NCBI GenBank assembly: GCA_963664225.1 | Contig: OY760937.1 | Location: 448,001-512,000, forward strand | Direction: 5' to 3' | Source of the DNA: Verrucomicrobiia bacterium | Lineage (GTDB): Bacteria > Verrucomicrobiota > Verrucomicrobiia > Limisphaerales > UBA1319 | DNA length: 64,000 nt | Shown: positions 58,395 to 64,000 of the stretch, in pieces | How positions within the stretch are numbered: position 1 is the stretch's first letter | How the letters are laid out: each line of letters begins with the position of its first letter | Notes under the pieces: generated by a model | Seen by the model: only the letters and a program-made list of their open reading frames with translations | Databases searched by the model: none | What the model was told of the DNA's origin: nothing | Program-made: the position numbers and the translations under genes

Positions 58395-59972
58395 TCAGTT
58401 AAGACTTAGAAAGATGGCGGCTTCTAGTGGTGGATCGCATTTTCTGCCGTTCTGGGTGGGAATGGTATTTGATGAGAGCGGCAGAAAATGGGTGGTTAGG
58501 GCTGTAGCCCAAAGTTCATAACGCAATTGCGTGATTAATTCGTTGGTTGTGGCTCTCTGGCCGGGCTTACGTTTGTACCAGCACGGGCGTTTGAAGGTCT
58601 CCGGCTGGCCGTCGGCACCGTAGGTTTTGACGGCGCCCAGGAGCAGTAGCGCGTAGGCTGCCACGGCCAGCGCCGGGGCATTCTGATTGGAAGCCTCGGA
58701 CCGAACCTGGGCCTGTCCGACCCCCAGAAGAGTTTTCTCATCCCGGAAGTTGACTTCGATATCCCATCGCCAGAGATAAAACTGCACCACCTTTTCCAGG
58801 GGCAGATTCAGATCAGTGCAGATGAGAAAAGCCGGTTCGCGCCGTTCCAGCTTGCTGGACCTGGTACGGCGGTAAGCCACCGGCTCGATGACGACCAGAC
58901 GCAGGGAGTGGCCGGCCTTGTCCATCTGCGAGTAGACGGGCGCCAGGGTTTTGACCCGGAACTGGTAGCGTTTGCCTGCCGCAAAGGCCTCCACGGTTTG
59001 CCAGGGTTGGGCCGGGTCCTTGAGCAGTTGTTCCGGCGTGGGGCAGTGGGCCCCATACTTGCGTTTGCGGCCGTGCGCGGCCTGCCCTGTCGGGGGAAAG
59101 TAAAAGGCCGAGTCCTTGCGCACGCGGCCAATGAGGGTGGTCCGCTCCGGAATCTGCCCCAGAACGGTGCCATTGGTGAAGCGGCCATCGAGGGTGGCAA
59201 TCAGCGGCCGCTGGCTCGAACCGCTTTGATCCATTTGCCGGCGCATGTGGGTCAGGCGATTGCGGCCCGCCACATTGATATTCATTTTGGCCCGTTGCTC
59301 CCGGTAGGCGGCCCAGCGCTCTGGCGCGGCATCCTTGCGCGGCTTGGCGGGCAGGGCCGCATGCTGGAAGTCCACCGGAATCATCCGTGCCGCCCCTTGT
59401 GAGCCCAGCGGCACGGCCGCAGAAATCTGCAGGACCCGCAGACCCCGGACAAAGTTGACCTGGAATGGGGGGCTCAAGGGATCACGCTGAAAACGGGAGC
59501 CAAAGATGCGCGGACCGGTTTTGCGCAAGAGCGAGTCGTCCATGGCCACGACCAGAGGATCCTTGGACGGGAAGTCCTGCTCGATTTGGGCGCGGATCCG
59601 GTCGAAAACCCAGTCCTCGTCGAAATGATCCTCGGAATAGAAGCGGTAATCGGCCGTCCAATCCTGTTGGGTGCGGTTTTGATTGCGCAAGAGCCCTGTA
59701 ATGGTGTGGCGGCCGAAGCACACCAACTGGGAAAGCAGATGGCGGCGGCCCCGAGCCCAGGCCTGCGGGGAAGAGAAGCCGGGAGCACATAGATCGATCA
59801 GCTCCTCGATTTGGTCGAGGAGGGAGGCGTTTTTTTTAAAGCGACCGGGTTGGGGGGGACCTGGTCGCGCGAGAGAATGAGGTGACCTTTGTCGGCAATG
59901 GTCCACCGGACATCCTCTCCCTTGTCGAAATCCATGGCCTGGGCGATGGCGGAGGGGAAGTTGATGTACCAT
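58395..59972 (-). CDS. DDE transposase (OrfB), probably entered by -1 frameshift near 59830-59840
   Basis: VVAMDDS.LRKTG, LDGRF, YLWRWDIEVNFRDEK (Y-2-R-3-E-6-K); the first ~44 codons overlap OrfA and look non-coding in this frame. Confidence 0.9.
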   Translation of the reverse strand: MVHQLPLRHRPGHGFRQGRGCPVDHCRQRSPHSLARPGPPQPGRFKKNASLLDQIEELIDLCAPGFSSPQAWARGRRHLLSQLVCFGRHTITGLLRNQNRTQQDWTADYRFYSEDHFDEDWVFDRIRAQIEQDFPSKDPLVVAMDDSLLRKTGPRIFGSRFQRDPLSPPFQVNFVRGLRVLQISAAVPLGSQGAARMIPVDFQHAALPAKPRKDAAPERWAAYREQRAKMNINVAGRNRLTHMRRQMDQSGSSQRPLIATLDGRFTNGTVLGQIPERTTLIGRVRKDSAFYFPPTGQAAHGRKRKYGAHCPTPEQLLKDPAQPWQTVEAFAAGKRYQFRVKTLAPVYSQMDKAGHSLRLVVIEPVAYRRTRSSKLERREPAFLICTDLNLPLEKVVQFYLWRWDIEVNFRDEKTLLGVGQAQVRSEASNQNAPALAVAAYALLLLGAVKTYGADGQPETFKRPCWYKRKPGQRATTNELITQLRYELWATALTTHFLPLSSNTIPTQNGRKCDPPLEAAIFLSLN

Positions 59973-60022
59973 TGCTGGCTTTGCTTGCGTTGGATGAGCT
60001 GGACTTTAGTTGGATAACCCAT
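59798..60022 (-). CDS. IS OrfA, AbrB/MazE/SpoVT-like DNA-binding domain
   Basis: TKVQ...QWYINFPSAIAQAMDFDKGEDVRWTI..KGHLILSR follows the AbrB pattern; alternative start at 60031. Confidence 0.75.
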   Translation of the reverse strand: MGYPTKVQLIQRKQSQQWYINFPSAIAQAMDFDKGEDVRWTIADKGHLILSRDQVPPNPVALKKTPPSSTKSRS

Positions 60023-60032
60023 AGTGGCCATA

Positions 60033-60050
60033 TCTAGTCACATAACTAGA
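60033..60050. promoter_or_regulatory. Palindromic operator candidate in the IS promoter
   Basis: TCTAGT-CACATA-ACTAGA; overlaps a TTGCGC-N18-TAGATA promoter candidate on the minus strand. Confidence 0.45.
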
Positions 60051-60440
60051 CCACGCGCAACAAAATAATAATCCCACCAGCGGTTTGTCTAGTCCGGGGC
60101 CAAACTCCAGCCAACACTGTAAGTGTTGAATCAAAACCACACGCCGTGCAATCCGTCTCCAAAGGTCAGGCCATTCGGCGGTCCTGGCGGGAAGCTTGGT
60201 GAACTAAAATCCATCGAGCGAGGTGCCCGCGCCAGGCCACCATGGCGAAGCGCAAGTCATCCGATGCTTCAATGCGTAGCCCTTTCAATGGGAATCGAGA
60301 TCTTGGATGTCTTGCGCGGCTCCGGACTGGCTTGTCCTGCTCGGGGATGCATAGGATTCCGGGACAGACAATTTTGGGTCACAATGCTAAAAAACGAACC
60401 AAATAATGGGTGAACTTTTTTACGAACAACTTCAAGTGAT

Positions 60441-61139
60441 TTAGCCCTGCAGTGACGACTCCCCTTCGGTTTCGGGATGACGTGGCGACAACGTGGGGAC
60501 ATCGTTCGCCGCAGCGTCAGGTTCAACATAATTTTCCGCATAAGCCTTTGCGATTGCAGTAACGAGCATTATGGCAAAAACGTTCAGAAACACATCCATG
60601 GCGTCAGAAGCAAGATTTGCCATGGCTGAATGCACGTATCCTTGTGCGTTGTTTTCCCGCAGGGCAAGCCTCATTGCGAGCCTCCCAAGGGAGTTGGACA
60701 CGAGCCAGAGAAACCACCACCAGCCAAGTATCGAGCTGCCGTTTTCCCCGCCACGATGCGCCACCAACCAAATCTCTTTCATTGCCTGGTAGGGTTTGAA
60801 GAGGTTCGCAATTGGAATGAAGTACCAACCGATGGACCAGCCGGGGCTAAAGTCCATTGGAACCGAGGAGAGGATGCGAAGATTTTTGTTTGCTCGATAT
60901 ATCCAACGGAGAAACGTGATTCCAATAAAGATCGCCAGAGGGAACTGGAGGAGCCCCATAACCGCGTTCGCAATGTCAGAGGTGAGCAACGTTTCTTCGA
61001 CTTCCATGTTGGGGGCGAGATTGGAGTATTCAAACCAACCGTAAAAATCGGCCGGAATAGCCAAAGCCAATAGTCCGATTTGGACTTTAAGTAGAAAGAC
61101 TAGTAGCCGCGTGAGTTTTGCAAGGGGTTTGAATCTCAT
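60441..61139 (-). CDS. DUF4328 family membrane protein
   Basis: FLRWIYRANKN, SPGWSIGWYFIPIANLFKPYQAMKEIW, GWWW. Confidence 0.8.
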   Translation of the reverse strand: MRFKPLAKLTRLLVFLLKVQIGLLALAIPADFYGWFEYSNLAPNMEVEETLLTSDIANAVMGLLQFPLAIFIGITFLRWIYRANKNLRILSSVPMDFSPGWSIGWYFIPIANLFKPYQAMKEIWLVAHRGGENGSSILGWWWFLWLVSNSLGRLAMRLALRENNAQGYVHSAMANLASDAMDVFLNVFAIMLVTAIAKAYAENYVEPDAAANDVPTLSPRHPETEGESSLQG

Positions 61140-61179
61140 TTCACGTCATGGATTAAGCTTTTAAAGGTGTATCGATCAC

Positions 61180-61343
61180 TTTCCATGTTCTGATTTATTC
61201 CCAAACCAGCCTCCAGACCTGTGCCCACCCGGACCAATCAAGGCCATCCAATATAATTTGGCCTATGGCTTGGCCGTTCTCATGGCAATCGCATCGTTGA
61301 CAATCAATGCAGCCTGTTCCCAAAACACCGCCTTGGCAACAGG
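61180..61343. repeat. Dispersed direct repeat, copy 1 (~164 bp)
   Basis: Ungapped match to 61842-62005 (offset 662), including 54 identical bp TTCCCAAACC...CCATCCAA. Confidence 0.9.
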
Positions 61344-61841
61344 AACTTTTCCGCCCTCTGGCTTGCGGGTGCAGGACAAAATTCTTCAGGAAATCCCAAA
61401 AGCCCTTAAAACGCCATAAAAGTATATAGGGAGAATTGCCTCGCTCAACCGTATGAAACGGACGCGCGATCTTCTCTCTCGCCCAGCGAGACACGAGCAA
61501 GAGAGCCGGAGAGAGTTTCATTAAGAGTCCTTCCTTTTTCACCGAAGAATTTTGTCATGCACCTCTGGCTTGCTTTCCCATTCCTTCGTCCGTCAACCCT
61601 ACGCGGCGGCACTTTCCAAATCATCCAATCGTCCAGAAAATGCGAAAAAGTCCTCCCTCTCCGCTCTGGGGACCACGATGCGCGAAGCGCACATCCCTTA
61701 TTGGGCTACCAACTCGTGGCGGGCTTGGGAAGCCATTGGGTCGGGGTGAGGTGGCTTTTCGGGTCCATTCCACCCTAATTCTCCGCGTTCTCCTCGGCTC
61801 CGCGTGATACATTTTCCCGCCCATTAGCGCTCATCGTTTAA

Positions 61842-62005
61842 TTTTCATGTCCCGATTTCTTCCCAAACCAGCCTCCAGACCTGTGCCCACCCGGACCAAT
61901 CAAGGCCATCCAACATGATTTGGCCTTTGGTTTGGCCGTCCTCATGGCAATCACGTCGTTGACAACAAACGCACTCTGCTACCCAAACACCGCCTTGGCA
62001 ACAGG
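61842..62005. repeat. Dispersed direct repeat, copy 2
   Basis: See copy 1; both end in AAACACCGCCTTGGCAACAGG. Confidence 0.9.
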
Positions 62006-62205
62006 TAAATTGCCGCCCGCACCCCGCTTTTTTTCTATGAGATCTTCGATCTTTGCGGTTAAGTCCCCCTTTTCCCTCCCGTCCTGACCGCATTCGCGAA
62101 TCTCTTCGTTTATTTGTTTGTCTCGGCGCGCGGTTTTTATTAGAATATCTTAAATTCGGAATGGGGGCTGCGTATGAAATATCCTTTATTATTTCGGAGG
62201 ACCTC

Positions 62206-63723
62206 ATGTTAAGCGCATTGCGCATCTTGTGTTTTTCAATGTGGATGGCGGGCCTCGCCTGGCCTTGCCGGGCGGCGGAATGGCCGCAATTTCGCGGTGC
62301 GGCCTCGGACGGAATATCCCCGGAAAAAATTCTCAAGGAATGGCCTGTTGACGGCCCCGCCAGGAACTGGCTGGTGCCGATGAGCGACGGGTTTTGCACC
62401 CTTTCCGCCAGCAAGGGCAGGGTGTTGACACAGGTCATCCTGAATATCGACGGGCAACTCAAGGACGTCTGTCTTTGCTTGAACGCCGCAACAGGAGAGA
62501 CGAACTGGACCGCTTCATTGGAGGACAGTTATTACCCGGATGGCCAGGCAGGCGCAGGGGATGGTCCGCGTTCGACACCCACCGTTTCAGGTAATCGCGT
62601 TTTTGTGCTCACTTCATGGCTCAAGCTGATCTGCCTGGATATTGAGAACGGGCAGGAGGTTTGGCGCGTGGATTTCCGGGCGGATTACGCGGCCACGGTC
62701 ATTCCATGGCAGAATGCCGCGTCGCCATTGGTCGCGGGTGATTACGTTTATCTCAATGCCAACGGACTCACGGACAAGCTCTTTTGTCTGCGCAAATCCG
62801 ATGGCAGCGTGGTCTGGAAAGGGCAGAAGGACAAAATGACGCAGGCCAGTCCTGTTGCCGCGACCATTTTGGGCGTGCCGCAGATTCTTTTCTTTGCCCA
62901 AACCGGACTTGTTTCCGTGCAGCCGGAAACGGGCGCGGTTCTATGGCGATCCCCGTTTCCCTACAGCACCTCCACAGGGGCCTCGCCTGTGGTGGGGGGC
63001 GATATCGTGTTTTGTTCCGCCGGATATGGTGGCGGTTCAACGGCCGTGCGCCTTTCTTTGACGAATGACACCTTTGTCGTGAAACCGCTTTGGCGGCTCA
63101 GCAGCCTGATGTCCCAGTGGATGACGCCGGTTTACATGGACGGCTATCTCTACGGCCTTTTCGGTTACGGCCAGAACAACACCGCCCCTCTCAAGTGCGT
63201 CGAAATGGCCACCGGCAAGACCATCTGGTCCCAACCGCAATTTGGTCAGGGCGGCACCATCGGTGTGGACGGCCACATCCTGGTCCTCAGCGAATCCGGC
63301 GAACTGGTCCTGGTAAAAGCCGATCCGGCTCAATACACCGAGGTGGCCCGCTTCAAGGCCTTGAATGGCAAATGCTGGAATGCCCCCATTGTGAGCGATG
63401 GGCACATCTACGCGCGCAGTATCTCTGAGGCCATTGCCCTGGATGTGAGCCTTCCCGCACCCAGTCCCTTGCGGATGAGTTCAGCACTGCGCGGTCCGGA
63501 CGGCGTGTTTCGATTGAGCGCGGTCTCTGCCGATGGGGCTGACGTCGATCCGGCACGCGCCACACATATTTTTGTGCAGGCAACCTCGGATCTGCTGGCG
63601 CCATCAAATCAGTGGCTTGGCGTGAATGGCCCGCTGACGATCTCAAACGGGATGATCCATATCGAAGACTCCGAAAGCACAAATTTCCAACAACGGTTCT
63701 ATAGAATATTTGAGAACCCGTAA
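62206..63723 (+). CDS. PQQ-like beta-propeller (BamB-like) secreted protein with C-terminal beta-rich domain
   Basis: GGAGG RBS before ATG 62206, signal peptide, EWPQFRG, GPRSTP, repeated G..xW motifs, C-terminal QRFYRI. Confidence 0.85.
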   Translation: MLSALRILCFSMWMAGLAWPCRAAEWPQFRGAASDGISPEKILKEWPVDGPARNWLVPMSDGFCTLSASKGRVLTQVILNIDGQLKDVCLCLNAATGETNWTASLEDSYYPDGQAGAGDGPRSTPTVSGNRVFVLTSWLKLICLDIENGQEVWRVDFRADYAATVIPWQNAASPLVAGDYVYLNANGLTDKLFCLRKSDGSVVWKGQKDKMTQASPVAATILGVPQILFFAQTGLVSVQPETGAVLWRSPFPYSTSTGASPVVGGDIVFCSAGYGGGSTAVRLSLTNDTFVVKPLWRLSSLMSQWMTPVYMDGYLYGLFGYGQNNTAPLKCVEMATGKTIWSQPQFGQGGTIGVDGHILVLSESGELVLVKADPAQYTEVARFKALNGKCWNAPIVSDGHIYARSISEAIALDVSLPAPSPLRMSSALRGPDGVFRLSAVSADGADVDPARATHIFVQATSDLLAPSNQWLGVNGPLTISNGMIHIEDSESTNFQQRFYRIFENP

Positions 63724-63787
63724 CACGCGGGTGAACACACAGTGTGCATGAAGATTTCATGAATTTGGTCTGATCACAACCAACCGT

Positions 63788-64000
63788 ATGCCGACCCAGG
63801 GAGAAACTCGTATTGAACGGTCGAATGCCCGCCTCGCCACGCCGCAGAAGAATGGGCGCGAGGGCAGGGGACTGCCGCTGCGTTCCGCAAAGGCGTTCGC
63901 GGCGTTTACATTGATCGAGCTCCTTGTGGTCATCGCCATCATCGCCATATTGGCCGGGCTTTTGCTTCCCGCATTGGTCAGCGCCAAGGAAAAGGCCCGT
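63788..64000 (+). CDS. Prepilin-type N-terminal cleavage protein, partial (runs off the window; not in ORF track)
   Basis: In frame from ATG 63788: ...[33 protein letters not shown]. Confidence 0.88.
   Translation, partial: MPTQGETRIERSNARLATPQKNGREGRGLPLRSAKAFAAFTLIELLVVIAIIAILAGLLLPALVSAKEKAR

Larger units (their letters stand above)
58373..60110 (-). mobile_element. Insertion sequence, IS4 superfamily (IS701-like), 1,738 bp
   Basis: Perfect 15-bp terminal IRs CTGGAGTTTGGCCCC (58373-58387) and GGGGCCAAACTCCAG (60096-60110); 19-bp direct repeat CCAACACTGTAAGTGTTGA at 58354-58372 and 60111-60129. Confidence 0.93.

Noticed and set aside
59841..59972. ATG 59972 as the real transposase start
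   Set aside because: This stretch overlaps OrfA out of frame and reads as Pro/Arg/Gly-rich off-frame sequence; frameshift entry explains it better
60130..60160. Relic of a Y1/RAYT transposase C-terminus (…VW.* on the minus strand) next to the target hairpin
   Set aside because: Only about three codons of resemblance, too little to support
61195..62462. Cys-rich minus-strand ORFs 61195-61542 and 61845-62462 as genes
   Set aside because: Their similarity is confined to the DNA repeat, and the second overlaps the propeller gene antisense

Overview
Bacterial chromosomal window of moderately high GC. It is most likely Verrucomicrobiota (Pedosphaerales-like); this is an inference from the prepilin/H-X9-DG proteins, DUF1080, PmoA-like, PQQ-propeller and BspA proteins, and the repeat types. 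Housekeeping content: lptF-like, tyrA, amtB-glnK, hisG, purN, rpoD, uvrB, a partial type II secretion cluster, glycan enzymes, glycosyl/acetyltransferases and an OmpR-family two-component system. Highlights: (1) A 1,738-bp IS4-superfamily (YREK, IS701-like) element at 58373-60110 with 15-bp terminal IRs. It is flanked by a perfect 19-bp direct repeat that is itself a REP-like hairpin. Its transposase appears to be made by a -1 frameshift that joins an AbrB-like ORF to the DDE ORF. (2) A four-gene respiratory operon joining a Rieske/cytochrome b pair to two cytochrome bd-like subunits (one with heme c) and no cytochrome c1. (3) An 85-bp tandem palindromic repeat array that is not CRISPR. (4) Two small genes missing from the ORF track: a 33-aa bS22/mS38-like protein and a 52-aa basic protein. 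(5) A 164-bp duplicated intergenic element. No rRNA, tRNA or CRISPR was recognised. All family calls are from motif recognition by eye; no searches were run.
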